Shown piece by piece: positions 19,817-29,891 of a DNA stretch of 64,000 nt. The notes under the pieces are model-generated. The model had not been told where the DNA came from, searched no databases, and saw nothing but the letters and a program-made list of their open reading frames with translations. Each line of letters starts with the position of its first letter. Within the stretch, counting starts at the first letter, position 1. Position numbers and translations under genes: made by a program. The stretch covers positions 960,001-1,024,000 of the forward strand of contig CAXXKM010000003.1 of NCBI GenBank assembly GCA_963664435.2, given 5' to 3'. Source of the DNA: Longimicrobiales bacterium. GTDB lineage: Bacteria > Gemmatimonadota > Gemmatimonadetes > Longimicrobiales > Gaopeijiaceae.

Positions 19817-20802
19817 TCCTCCCGCACCCTCAGGACCAGCTTGCCGAAGTGGGCGCTCGCCTCCATCTGCCGGTGCGCCTCGGCCGCCTCCCGCAGCGGC
19901 AGGACCTTGTCGATGAGGGGCACGATTCGGCGCGCGGCGAAATGGGGGACCACCACCCGCTCGAACTCGGCCATGATGTCGGCCTTCTCGGGCACCGGCC
20001 GCGAGCGCAGCACCGAGCCGATGACCGTGTGTCGCTTGACCATCAGCAGGGCCAGGTTGAGTTCGGCCTTGAGCCCGCCCATCAGGCCGATCACGACCAG
20101 GCGGCCGCCGGGCGCCATGGCCTTCAGGTTGCCCTTCAGGTAGGCGGCGCCGATGTGGTCGAGCACCACGTCCACCCCCCGCCCCCCCGTGAAGGCGCGC
20201 GCCGCCGGGGCGAAATCCTCGGCCGTGTAGTCCACCACGTGATGCACTCCCATCGCGCGCACCCGCTCCACCTTGCCCGGCGAGGCCGTCACGACCATGC
20301 GGGCGGCCGGCACCAGCGTTCGGCACAGGTGGATGGCGGCCGTGTTCACCCCGCCCCCGCCGCCGTGCAGCAGCACCGCATCGCCGTCGCCGAGCCCGCC
20401 CAGCATGAACAGGTTGAGGTACGCGGTCACGTAGGTCTCGCAGACGCACGCCGCCTCCTCCCACGACAGCGCCTCGGGGACCCGTACCAGGTGGCCCTCG
20501 TAGGCGCACGCGAACTCCGCGTATCCTCCGCCGGCCACCAGCGTCATCACCCGGTCGCCGGGACCGAAGCGCGCGACCCCGGGGCCCGTCTCGAGCACCA
20601 CGCCCGCCACCTCGAGCCCCAGGACCTCCGACTCGCCGGGGGGCGGAGGGTACTTCCCGTTGCGCTGGCTGATGTCGGCGTGATTAACGGTGGTCGCCAC
20701 CACCTCGATGAGCACCTGGCCCGGGCCGGGCACGGGTCTGGGGGCATCGCCCCAGCGCAACACCCCCGCATCCCCGAAACCGTCCATCAATACGGCTTTC
20801 AT
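19813..20802 (-). CDS. NAD(P)H-quinone oxidoreductase (PIG3/zeta-crystallin type MDR)
   Basis: VNHAD..QR.G.YPPPPG.SEVLGLE, GGGYAE, HFGKLVL. Confidence 0.92.
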   Translation of the reverse strand: MKAVLMDGFGDAGVLRWGDAPRPVPGPGQVLIEVVATTVNHADISQRNGKYPPPPGESEVLGLEVAGVVLETGPGVARFGPGDRVMTLVAGGGYAEFACAYEGHLVRVPEALSWEEAACVCETYVTAYLNLFMLGGLGDGDAVLLHGGGGGVNTAAIHLCRTLVPAARMVVTASPGKVERVRAMGVHHVVDYTAEDFAPAARAFTGGRGVDVVLDHIGAAYLKGNLKAMAPGGRLVVIGLMGGLKAELNLALLMVKRHTVIGSVLRSRPVPEKADIMAEFERVVVPHFAARRIVPLIDKVLPLREAAEAHRQMEASAHFGKLVLRVRED

Positions 20803-21011
20803 GGCGTCTCCGTGGGCAAGTTCAGTCGCCGTGGGCGCTCCGCGCGGAGCCGCCCCGCGAGCCGCCGTCCGACTTGACCGGACTTCCGGCGCGCATCATC
20901 CTATCCGAAGCCGCCCTGCCGTGCGAGCCCCGGTGTTTCCGCGTCGCGTGTCGGAGGATGCCGCCGCCCGACGCACCCGCTGTACAGCATTCCCTCTGGT
21001 GGAGGAACTCG

Positions 21012-21659
21012 ATGAAGCTCTTCATGCCCCTGACCGCCGTCTTCGCCCTGCTCCTCGTCCCCGCCTGCGCCCAGGAGGCTGCTGAACAGGCCTCCTCCGA
21101 CATGGAGATGGCCGAAGAATCGATGGCCATGGATTCCATGGCTCAGGAACCCGACTGCTTCGTGCGCGGTGACCTGGAAGGTCGCCTCAGTTCGCTCGAG
21201 TCCGCCTCGACGTCGTTCGGCGACGTGATGGTCAAGGTCTGCTACGGCGCGCCGCTGCGCAGGGACCCCAACAACCCCGAAGTGACCCGGGAGATCATGG
21301 GCGCGCTGGTTCCCTACGACGCCCCCTGGCGCATGGGTGCCAACGAAGCCACCGCGATCTACCTGAGCGCGGCCGCGAGCGTGGGCGGCGTCGCCCTGGA
21401 CGCCGGCGCGTACTCCATCTACGCCACGCCCGCCATGGGTGACTGGACCGTCCACATCAACTCCGTCAACGAGCGCTGGGGCATCCCCATCGGCCCCGAC
21501 GTGACGGCCAACGACGTGGGCAGCTTCCCGGTGACGCCGCGCATGGTGGGCGAGGCCGTCGATCAGCTTCGCTACACCTTCGTGGACGCCGACGGCGGCG
21601 CCGACCTGGTGATGGAATGGGAGCAGACCAGCATCAGCATCCCGTTCCGTTCGAGCTGA
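21012..21659 (+). CDS. DUF2911-like lipoprotein
   Basis: YGAP..R...LVPYDAPWRMGANEAT, GAYSIY, MEWEQT; GGAGG RBS before ATG 21012. Confidence 0.85.
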   Translation: MKLFMPLTAVFALLLVPACAQEAAEQASSDMEMAEESMAMDSMAQEPDCFVRGDLEGRLSSLESASTSFGDVMVKVCYGAPLRRDPNNPEVTREIMGALVPYDAPWRMGANEATAIYLSAAASVGGVALDAGAYSIYATPAMGDWTVHINSVNERWGIPIGPDVTANDVGSFPVTPRMVGEAVDQLRYTFVDADGGADLVMEWEQTSISIPFRSS

Positions 21660-21708
21660 CCGGAGCCGGTCGACCCTATCCGGGAGGCCGCAGCCCCGCG
21701 GCCTCCCC

Positions 21709-22236
21709 TCAAGCCACCCGGTCCCGCCCCTTCGGGAGCCAGTCCGCATACCGCCGGTACGCCGGTTCCGCCTGTCCGTACCGGCGGTAGCACTGCTCCG
21801 CCAGCCACTGCATCCACTCGTTGAACTTCTCGTCGCCGCTCCGGTCGCGGATTTCGTGCGTCCAGTCCTCGAGCCGCTCCCAGGAACCAAGGACCGCCCC
21901 GCCCATGAACTCCCATACCAGCTCCAGCGAGACCATGTGGCGGTGGGCCATGAGCCCGACGGACTCGAAGGTCAGCGAGACCAGCATGGCTGCGTCCTCG
22001 TACTCGCTGCCGCGCTCCCGGATTTCGGAGCCGTCCAGCCCCGGCGGAAGGGTGAAGACCAGGCGAAGGGCGCGCGCCATCGTCGGGGCCTGCAGGGAGC
22101 GCGCGAGTTCGATGGCCGCGGTTGCGCGCCGCTGGATGCTGTACTGCTGAATCTGCAGGTAGCCGAAAAGGAAACCTGCGATCACGACGAGGACACCGAC
22201 GATCTCCGCGAGATTCCCCAGGGATTCGAGGTTCAT
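21709..22236 (-). CDS. Membrane-anchored hypothetical protein (DUF4760-like)
   Basis: N-terminal TM (LAEIVGVLVVIAGFLFGYLQI) then helical domain FESVGLM...EWMQWLA. Confidence 0.65.
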   Translation of the reverse strand: MNLESLGNLAEIVGVLVVIAGFLFGYLQIQQYSIQRRATAAIELARSLQAPTMARALRLVFTLPPGLDGSEIRERGSEYEDAAMLVSLTFESVGLMAHRHMVSLELVWEFMGGAVLGSWERLEDWTHEIRDRSGDEKFNEWMQWLAEQCYRRYGQAEPAYRRYADWLPKGRDRVA

Positions 22237-22393
22237 CGTTCCGTCGGCACAGTCAGAGACAGGAGGAGCAGGAGCGGAGCAATACTAGCGTTTCGACGAG
22301 TCCCTGAACACCTGACCGCCGGAAGCAGCGCAACTTCCACGGACATGCTACATTCCGGGCATCCACACCGCACTCGACGAGGAGAGCTGATCG

Positions 22394-23341
22394 ATGCCGA
22401 CGTCCAACCGGGGGTTCACCGGCCGTGTCCTGCTGCTCGTGTTGATCGCCTTCCTTCCGGCGGTCGGCATCTACCTGTACGCGAACGCTGAGATCCGCTC
22501 CCTCCAGCAGGCGAATCAGGAGCAGGAGCTCCTGCGCGCCACGAGGGAGACGTCGGTGGAGTACAACCGGCTGCTGGAAGAGAGCCGCGTACTGCTGGCG
22601 ACGCTCGCCGCGTTCCCACAGGTCAACGGGATGCAGCAGCCGGAATGCACCGATATCCTGGGGCGCGTCTTCGATCAGGCCAATCACCTCAACGGGATCT
22701 GGGTGATCGGGCTCGACGGGTACGTCGGCTGCGGTTCCGTGCAGCCGGACGGGCTGCTCTACCTGGGCGACCGCACCTATTACATCCGCGCCATGAACGA
22801 AAACCGCCACGTCATCGGCAACTACCAGATCGGACGCGTCACCGGTCGCCCGGGCGTCGGGTCGGCGATCCCGATTCCCGATGAGGGCGGGACGCCCGCG
22901 GGTGTTCTGATCGCGAGCATCGATCTGCGCGCTCTGAGCGACGTCGCTCAGGACATGGAGCTGCCGCAGTCGTCCACCTTCACGGTGCTCGACCGGGAAG
23001 GCCGCGTGCTGGTTCGCCATCCCGCCGCGGAGAGCGAGGGCGACACGATCGGCGCGATGCGGACGGAGGGATTCCCCGACGCGGTCGACGAGCCCGGCAT
23101 CGTGCACGGCTCCGACCTCGACGGGAGCATGTCGGTGTTCGCGGTCGCGCCGCTTACGGGCGAAGGGGCGACCCCGGAAGGATACATCGCCATCGGGCGT
23201 CCTGAAGGGCAGATCAACTCGGAGGCGTCCGACGTGGTGAACCGGACTCTCGGGCTCGTGGCCCTCGCCGGACTCGCCCTGCTCACCGCAGCGTGGATCT
23301 TCGGCCGCTACCTCATCGCGAAACCGGCGTCCGGGGGCTGA
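22394..23341 (+). CDS. TM-dCache-TM sensor protein without an output domain
   Basis: TM1, GDRTYYIRA, GNYQIGRVTG, FTVLDREGRVLVRHP, TM2, then stop. Confidence 0.8.
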   Translation: MPTSNRGFTGRVLLLVLIAFLPAVGIYLYANAEIRSLQQANQEQELLRATRETSVEYNRLLEESRVLLATLAAFPQVNGMQQPECTDILGRVFDQANHLNGIWVIGLDGYVGCGSVQPDGLLYLGDRTYYIRAMNENRHVIGNYQIGRVTGRPGVGSAIPIPDEGGTPAGVLIASIDLRALSDVAQDMELPQSSTFTVLDREGRVLVRHPAAESEGDTIGAMRTEGFPDAVDEPGIVHGSDLDGSMSVFAVAPLTGEGATPEGYIAIGRPEGQINSEASDVVNRTLGLVALAGLALLTAAWIFGRYLIAKPASGG

Positions 23342-23462
23342 TTCGGGATGCACGCCTCGTCGGACGGGCTTCGATCGCCCGGCTCGGCACCGAAGCTTCG
23401 AATGGATTCTCGTCGGCGCCCCGCCGCCCTTCCGGGCCGCGGGGCGTTTCGCGTAGCTGCCC

Positions 23463-23506
23463 CGGGAGTTCTACATTCCCGTTACGGGAGTTCTACATTC
23501 CAGTTA
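23463..23506. repeat. 22-bp tandem direct repeat, 2 copies
   Basis: cgggagttctacattcccgtta / cgggagttctacattccagtta (1 mismatch). Confidence 0.9.
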
Positions 23507-23709
23507 TCCGACCGTGATCGCTCGAGGTGCCGTCGCCGCGGGATTTGCGTGATATTCTTCCTGGGCCGAAACGGAGTTGGCCGGCGCGGCCGGCGCCAGG
23601 CTGGCTTCCGCTGTTGCCCGTCCAGTGTCGACGGCACGAACCCGTGGGGACGGGATTCGATTGGGGCAGGATTCCCCAGAATGAACATCTTGCAATAGGA
23701 GGATCGCCG

Positions 23710-26517
23710 ATGTTTGCCAGAATTCGTTTGAATGCAGTTCTCGCCGTGCTGGTCGCCGTCTGCGCCAGCGATCTGGCCGCACAGCAGGCCGCCACCATCA
23801 CCGGGCGCGTGACCGGGGAGGGGGGCGCCGGCGTAGCCAGCGCGCAGGTCGTGGTTACGCACGAACTGACCGGGGTCCAGACCGGAGCGCTGTCGGCGAA
23901 CGACGGCGCGTTCGTGGTCGAAGGAGTTCGTCCTGGCGGACCCTACACCGTGGAAGTGGTCATGATCGGTTACGGCCGCCAGTCCGCGACCGGCGTCTCG
24001 CTGGAGGCGGGCCAGTCGTTGTCGCTGGACTTCAGCCTGAGCCAGGAGGCGATCGCCTTCGACGCCCTGGAGGTCTTCGCCACCCGGGCCCAGGACCGGC
24101 AAACCCCGGTGGCGTTCACCAACGTGAGCAAGACGCAGATCCAGAACCAACTGGGTTCCCGCGATCTGCCGATGGTACTGAACGTGACCCCCAGCGTCTA
24201 CGCGACGTCGCAGGGGGGCGGCGCCGGCGATGCCCGCATCAACGTGCGCGGCTTCAACCAGCGCAACACCGCCGTCATGATCAACGGCGTGCCCGTAAAC
24301 GACATGGAGAACGGCTGGGTCTATTGGTCCAACTGGGACGGCGTGGGCGACGCGGCCACCAGCATCCAGCTCCAGCGCGGGCTTTCGGCAGTCAACCTCG
24401 CCACGCCGTCCATCGGCGGCACGCTCAACGTCATCACGGATCCCGCGGACCGGGGCGGCGGCCTCATGTACAAGCAGGAGTTCGGGCTGGGCAGCCTGGA
24501 CGAAAACGGCGGCTGGGGCCTCGGCAACAACATGCTGAAGGAGACCCTGGTGGTGAACACGGGCCCCATGGGCGCGTTCGCGGCGACGGGTACGGTGGTG
24601 CGCAAGACCGGCGGCGGCATGTACCAGGGATTCACCGGAGGAGACGCGCTCTGGATGGACGCGTGGGCGTACTACCTCGCCACGTCGCTGCAGTTGAATC
24701 CCAGCAACCGGCTCGAGCTCTACGCGGTGGGCGCGCCGCAGCGTCACGGCCAGAACCTCTACAAGCTCAACGTGGCGAGCCTCGACGCCGATTTCGCGCG
24801 TTCGCTGGATGGATTCGACGCGGCGGCCTTCGACGAATATCCGGAAGTGGGCAGAGGACGAAGCCCCAACGTGGCCCCGGTCAGCGCCAGCTACAACGGA
24901 ACCCAGTACAACAGCACGGGCCCGGACGCCGGACAAAGGGACCGCTTCAACAGCGGCTACCTCAACGAACGGGAGAACTACTTCCACAAGCCCCAGGTCA
25001 ACCTGAACTGGTATTCCTTCTTCGGCGACGGCCTGAGCCTGTCGACGGTGGGGTACTATTCCGGCGGCCGGGGCGGCGGCACCGGCACGTACGGGTCACT
25101 GGCGTGGAATTACGACTACGGTCAGCGCTTCGCGGACTGGAACGGCACCATCGAGCGCAACCGCTCCAACTCCACCGGATCCCGCGGGATCCTGCGCAAC
25201 TCGGTCAACAACCAGAACACGCTGGGCGCCATCTCGAAGCTGCGGAAGAGCTTCGAAGGAGGCCTCACCGCCGAGGTCGGCGTCGACTGGCGCACGGCCA
25301 CCATCGAGCACTACCGGGAGGTGCGCGACCTGCTGGGCGGCACCTACTACAACGACTGCTTCCGCAGCTGCAGCTCCGATTTCTGGACGGAGGCCCAGCA
25401 GAACCGCGGGCTGGGCGACAAGATCGCCTACCACAACGAGAACACGGTGAACTGGCTGGGCGCGTTCGTTCAGGCGGAGAAGAGCACCACCTCGGGCTCC
25501 CTCTACGGCATGGCCGGGTGGGCTCAGAACTCCTACACCTTCGTGGATTTCTTCAGGCGCGACCCCGGCACGAACGGCTATCGGGAGCTCGAAAGTGGCA
25601 ACATCCCGGGTTACCAGATCAAGGGCGGCGCGGTTCGCAACCTCGACGACCAGTGGTCTGTCTACGCGAATGCAGGCGTCATCTCGAAGGTGCCGATCTT
25701 CGACGGCGTCATCGACGACAACAACGGCACGCTGAACCCGGATCCGGAGAACGAGAAGTTCCTCTCGGGCGAGGTCGGAAGCGAGTTCCGCTCCGCCAAC
25801 AGGGATGTCTTTCTGAGGCTCGGCCTATACCACACCACATGGAGGAACCGGACCCTGACCCGCTTCGTCCAGAACATCGGCGGCGTGGAAGGGGTGGACG
25901 GGCTGGTCAACCTGCTCGGCGTCGACGCGCGCCACATGGGCGTCGAGGCCGAAGGGTGGTTCCAGCCCAGCAACCTCCTGCGCTTCGACTGGGCGTTGTC
26001 GCTCGGAAACTGGAAGTACCTGGAGGACGTGTCCGGCACCTATCGGCCCGACGACCAGTCCAGCGAAACAGAGAACTACGACTTTTACATCTCCGGTCTC
26101 AAGGTCGCCGACGCGCCTCAGCACCAGATGGCGCTCAGCGCTTCGGTCTACCCGTCGGACGCCGCCTACCTGTCGCTGGTGGGCATGTTCTACGGTGACC
26201 ACTTCGCCCAGTTCGAGCCCTTCAGCCGCACCAACGCGGACGACAGAGCCCAGTCCTGGCAGCCCCCGGGTTATTCGGTATTCCACCTGCACACCTCGTA
26301 TTCGCTCGGCGACGTCCTGCCGATTGCGAACGGCGGCAGCCTGCGCCTGTTCGCGAACGTCTACAACCTGCTCGACACGGTCTACATCCAGGACGCCACG
26401 GATGCCTCGAGGTTCAACGGCTACCACGACGACGGCGACCGCCACGACGCGGACTCAGCGGAGGTCTTCCTGGGTTACCCGCGCAACCTGAACGTGGGGT
26501 TCCAGATCATCTTCTAG
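23710..26517 (+). CDS. TonB-dependent receptor
   Basis: Signal peptide, carboxypeptidase-like domain, plug INVRGFNQRNTAVMINGVP, C-terminal PRNLNVGFQIIF; AGGAGG RBS. Confidence 0.93.
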   Translation: MFARIRLNAVLAVLVAVCASDLAAQQAATITGRVTGEGGAGVASAQVVVTHELTGVQTGALSANDGAFVVEGVRPGGPYTVEVVMIGYGRQSATGVSLEAGQSLSLDFSLSQEAIAFDALEVFATRAQDRQTPVAFTNVSKTQIQNQLGSRDLPMVLNVTPSVYATSQGGGAGDARINVRGFNQRNTAVMINGVPVNDMENGWVYWSNWDGVGDAATSIQLQRGLSAVNLATPSIGGTLNVITDPADRGGGLMYKQEFGLGSLDENGGWGLGNNMLKETLVVNTGPMGAFAATGTVVRKTGGGMYQGFTGGDALWMDAWAYYLATSLQLNPSNRLELYAVGAPQRHGQNLYKLNVASLDADFARSLDGFDAAAFDEYPEVGRGRSPNVAPVSASYNGTQYNSTGPDAGQRDRFNSGYLNERENYFHKPQVNLNWYSFFGDGLSLSTVGYYSGGRGGGTGTYGSLAWNYDYGQRFADWNGTIERNRSNSTGSRGILRNSVNNQNTLGAISKLRKSFEGGLTAEVGVDWRTATIEHYREVRDLLGGTYYNDCFRSCSSDFWTEAQQNRGLGDKIAYHNENTVNWLGAFVQAEKSTTSGSLYGMAGWAQNSYTFVDFFRRDPGTNGYRELESGNIPGYQIKGGAVRNLDDQWSVYANAGVISKVPIFDGVIDDNNGTLNPDPENEKFLSGEVGSEFRSANRDVFLRLGLYHTTWRNRTLTRFVQNIGGVEGVDGLVNLLGVDARHMGVEAEGWFQPSNLLRFDWALSLGNWKYLEDVSGTYRPDDQSSETENYDFYISGLKVADAPQHQMALSASVYPSDAAYLSLVGMFYGDHFAQFEPFSRTNADDRAQSWQPPGYSVFHLHTSYSLGDVLPIANGGSLRLFANVYNLLDTVYIQDATDASRFNGYHDDGDRHDADSAEVFLGYPRNLNVGFQIIF

Positions 26518-27650
26518 TGTAGTGTCGCATAAGTGGCAGGGTTAACGCATGGAGAAGCCGCTATCTTCCATGCATGCCTGCTCTGCGAAGGATTCGATTG
26601 CGACCCGGGGACCGCAAGGAGCTCGAGGGATGGGTTCGAGCCCGCACGACCCCGCAGCGGCGCGTGGAGCGCGCCCGGATCATACTGGGTTCGGCCGGAG
26701 GTTTGCCGGGCCGGACGCTGGCCCGCGAGATCGGCGTCTCGCTGCCGACCGTGCAAAGATGGCTGGACCGGTACGACGAAGAGGGGCTCGCGGGACTTGA
26801 GGATCGGTCCCGCCCCGGTCGGCCGCGAAGTACGATCACGCCCGAAGTCGAGGCCGAGGTCGTGCGCCGCACGCTCGAGGAGAAACCGCCGCGGGGGACG
26901 CACTGGAGCACCCGCCTGATGGCCGAGGGCATGGGGCTGCATCACAGCCAGGTGGGGCGGATCTGGAACGCCCACGGACTGAAGCCCCACAGGGTGCGCT
27001 ACTTCAAGCTCTCCACCGATCCCCGCTTCGTCGAGAAGCTCCGCGACGTGGTGGGGCTCTACGTGGCGCCGCCGGAGCGGGCGATCGTCTTCTCCTTCGA
27101 CGAGAAGAGCCAGATCCAGGCCCTGGACCGGACCCAGCCGGGGTTGCCGCTCAAGAAGGGACGGGCGGGCACCATGACGCACGACTACAAGCGCCACGGG
27201 ACCACGACGCTGTTCGCGGCGCTGGACGTCGCCACCGGAGAGGTCATCCACCAGTGTCTGCCCCGTCACCGGCACCAGGAGTTCCTCCGCTTCCTGCGCA
27301 CCGTCGAAAAACAATGCGACCCGGAACTCGACCTGCACTTCATCCTCGACAACTACGCCACCCACAAGCATGCCCGAGTGAAGGACTGGCTGGACCGGCA
27401 CCCCCGAGTCCACTTCCACTTCGTGCCCACCTCGTCCTCGTGGCTCAATCTCGTCGAGCGCTTCTTCTCCGAACTCACGCAGCGCCAGCTCAAACGCCTC
27501 GCCGTCCACAGCGTCGGCCAGCTCGTCCACGCGATCACGTCCTACATCGACCACAGGAACCGCGCCCCGAAACCCTTCGTCTGGACCGCCACCGTTCGCG
27601 ACATCCTGGCTAAGGTCAACCGTGCCAACACCGCTTTAGCGGCACAACAC
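26517..27650 (+). mobile_element. IS630 family insertion sequence (1134 bp), TA duplication
   Basis: TA at 26515-16 and 27651-52. Imperfect TIRs: TAGTGTAGTGTCGCATAAGTGG versus TAGTGTTGTGCCGCTAAAGCGG (reverse complement of the right end), 17/22. Confidence 0.92.
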
Positions 27651-27653
27651 TAG
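26574..27653 (+). CDS. IS630 transposase
   Basis: HTH (VQRWLDRY..EG..GL.DR.RPGRP), DDE residues FDEKS, LDNYATH, LNLVERFF. Confidence 0.95.
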   Translation: MPALRRIRLRPGDRKELEGWVRARTTPQRRVERARIILGSAGGLPGRTLAREIGVSLPTVQRWLDRYDEEGLAGLEDRSRPGRPRSTITPEVEAEVVRRTLEEKPPRGTHWSTRLMAEGMGLHHSQVGRIWNAHGLKPHRVRYFKLSTDPRFVEKLRDVVGLYVAPPERAIVFSFDEKSQIQALDRTQPGLPLKKGRAGTMTHDYKRHGTTTLFAALDVATGEVIHQCLPRHRHQEFLRFLRTVEKQCDPELDLHFILDNYATHKHARVKDWLDRHPRVHFHFVPTSSSWLNLVERFFSELTQRQLKRLAVHSVGQLVHAITSYIDHRNRAPKPFVWTATVRDILAKVNRANTALAAQH

Positions 27654-27702
27654 CCCCCGTGGCCGGCCCCGCGCTGTCCGGGGCCGACGGGCGGAAAAAC
27701 AT

Positions 27703-27732
27703 CGGCCCCGCCGGAGCGCTCCGGCGGGGCCG
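27703..27732 (-). terminator. Intrinsic terminator hairpin (tRNA side; possibly bidirectional)
   Basis: Perfect 30-bp palindrome cggccccgccggagcgctccggcggggccg; T-run follows on the minus strand. Confidence 0.7.
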
Positions 27733-27760
27733 TGTTCCTGCGGGGAAGGCGGACGGGCGA

Positions 27761-27834
27761 TGGGCCCAGCAGGACTCGAACCTGCGACCGTCGGATTATG
27801 AGTCCGCTGCTCTGACCAGCTGAGCTATGGGCCC
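27761..27834 (-). tRNA. tRNA with CAT anticodon, probably tRNA-Ile2 (lysidine-modified)
   Basis: GGGCCCATAGCTCAGCTGGTCAGAGCAGCGGACTCATAATCCGACGGTCGCAGGTTCGAGTCCTGCTGGGCCCA. Paired G1-C72 (not an initiator); C4-G69/C5-G68 as in Ile2; no encoded CCA. Confidence 0.92.
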
Positions 27835-28157
27835 GTCCGGCACCTGCTCGCCCGTCCGCGCCTCCCGCGCCACAAAGGTACGCAATCGAAACCCCCGCGT
27901 ACAATCGGGGGCGGGGCGTAGGAGCAAAAGGGCAGGCGCGGACGGATTTGTTTGACAGATCCAGGCTCTTATGGCGGACAACGCAGGTGCCGCCGACCAA
28001 GGGGGAGTCGCCGGCGGGCACGCGAGCGAGATGTCCGCCGAGTGCATATGTTTACGGCGCCCCGGGGCGGGGGATTTCCCTTTGCGCGGTCTCTTGCCCA
28101 CTTTGTTCTCCCCCAGAGCCCGAAGCGAACACCCACCATGAGCGACCGGAACGCCGA

Positions 28158-29861
28158 ATGACCGACCAGGAGATCCTGGCGCGGTGGAAGGAGGAGCCTG
28201 CTCCGCTCCTTCCGGTGCTGCACGCCTTTCACGCGCGCGACGGCTACCTCTCGGAGGACGCCATCCGCACGGTGTCGAAGGGGCTTCGCATTCCGCTCGC
28301 CGACCTGTACGGCACCATCACCTTCTACCACCACTTCGCGCGCGTCCCCGGCGGGCTGGGCTGCCCCCGCGTCTGCACCGGACCCGTGTGCGTGCAGGAG
28401 GGCGCCCTCGACATCCTCGCCGAACTCGCGCCGGAGGGGGCGACGGGGATGCCGTGCTCGGGACGCTGCGACGATCCCGTCCCGGTCCTGCGCGGCCATC
28501 TGACGCTGGCCGGGCGCTCGGCCGCCGACCTGGTGGCCCGGCCCGCTCCCCTTCCCCCGCCCGCCCGCGAGGGCGCGGCCGAGTGCGTCTTCCGCACCAT
28601 CCGCGAGCCGGGCCACGCCACCCTGGCCGGGTATCGCCGCGACGGCGGCTACGAGGGTCTCGCGCGCGCGGTGCGGGACATGACCCCCGTGCAGGTGGTG
28701 GAGGCAATCGACCGGAGCGGGCTGGCCGGGCGGGGCGGGGCCGGCTTCCCCACGGGCCGCAAGTGGCGCGCGGTCGCCGAAGCCGGCGGAACCCCCAAGT
28801 CCATCGTCTGCAACGCCGACGAGGGCGAGCCCGGCTGCTTCAAGGACCGGGCCCTCATGGACTACGATCCGCACGCGGTCATCGAGGGCATGATCGCGTC
28901 CGGGTATGCGACCGGGGCGCACCGCGGCTTCATCTATCTGCGCTACGAGTATCCCGAGACCGAGGACATCCTCGCCGAAGCCATCCGCGAGGCGGCGGAA
29001 GCGGGCATCCTGGGACCGTCCGTCATGGGCAGCGGCTTCGCCTTCGACCTGCACATCCGCCGCGGGGCCGGCGCCTACATCTGCGGGGAGGAGACATCGC
29101 TCCTGAACTCGATGGAGGGGAAGCATCCCTTCCCGCGCAACCGCCCGCCCTTCCCCGTCACCCACGGCTTCGAGAACCTGCCGACGGTGGTCAACAACGT
29201 CGAGACGCTGGCCTCCGTCCCGCATATCCTCGCGCTTGGCGCCGAGTGGTATGCCGGGCTCGGGATGAACGGACACGCCGGCACCAAAGTGATCTCCCTT
29301 TCCGGAGACATCCTCCGGCCGGGGAACTACGAGGTCCCCATGGGCCTGCCGCTGGAGCGGCTCCTCTACGACTGGGCCGGCGGCCCCTTCGAGGGTCGCA
29401 CCATCCAGGCGGTCACGATGGCCGGGCTCTCCGGGGGCTTCCTGGCGGGCGACGACCTCTTCGTCACGCTGGACGAGCCCACCATCCGCGCGCGCAAGTC
29501 GTTTCTGGGCGCCGGCGGCATCATGGTGTTCGACGACTCGCGCGACATGGTCGAGGTGGCGCATGCCGCGATGGAGTTCTTCGCGCACGAATCCTGCGGC
29601 AAATGCTTCCCCTGCCGCATCGGCACCCAGCGCCTGACCGAGCGGCTCGCCGGCGAGGCGGGCCCCGACGCGGTGGTGGCGTGGGTGGACGAAGTTGCGG
29701 ACATTGGGTATACGATGAAGGAAACCAGCGCGTGCGGGCTGGGAACCGCGGCTCCGCTGATCACCGAGAGCCTGATGCGCTATTTTCCGGACGCGGTTTC
29801 GCGTCACGTCACCGGCCATGGCGCCCTCCCCATGGCGGGACCGCGTGGGACGGAACCTTAG
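28158..29861 (+). CDS. Fused NuoE-NuoF-like NAD(H) diaphorase subunit of formate dehydrogenase
   Basis: CTGPVC...CSGRC (2Fe-2S), GRGGAGFPTG, NADEGEPG, GAGAYICGEE, ESCGKCFPCR...CGLG. Confidence 0.92.
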   Translation: MTDQEILARWKEEPAPLLPVLHAFHARDGYLSEDAIRTVSKGLRIPLADLYGTITFYHHFARVPGGLGCPRVCTGPVCVQEGALDILAELAPEGATGMPCSGRCDDPVPVLRGHLTLAGRSAADLVARPAPLPPPAREGAAECVFRTIREPGHATLAGYRRDGGYEGLARAVRDMTPVQVVEAIDRSGLAGRGGAGFPTGRKWRAVAEAGGTPKSIVCNADEGEPGCFKDRALMDYDPHAVIEGMIASGYATGAHRGFIYLRYEYPETEDILAEAIREAAEAGILGPSVMGSGFAFDLHIRRGAGAYICGEETSLLNSMEGKHPFPRNRPPFPVTHGFENLPTVVNNVETLASVPHILALGAEWYAGLGMNGHAGTKVISLSGDILRPGNYEVPMGLPLERLLYDWAGGPFEGRTIQAVTMAGLSGGFLAGDDLFVTLDEPTIRARKSFLGAGGIMVFDDSRDMVEVAHAAMEFFAHESCGKCFPCRIGTQRLTERLAGEAGPDAVVAWVDEVADIGYTMKETSACGLGTAAPLITESLMRYFPDAVSRHVTGHGALPMAGPRGTEP

Positions 29862-29891
29862 GGTCCGGGCTGGAACTCGAAACAGGACGAC

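Noticed and set aside
23339..23698. UGA read-through extending the dCache protein (the next ORF is in frame)
   Set aside because: The extension is Arg/Pro-rich with no HAMP or output domain, the UGA is not at a Cys-like position, and it crosses the promoter repeat.
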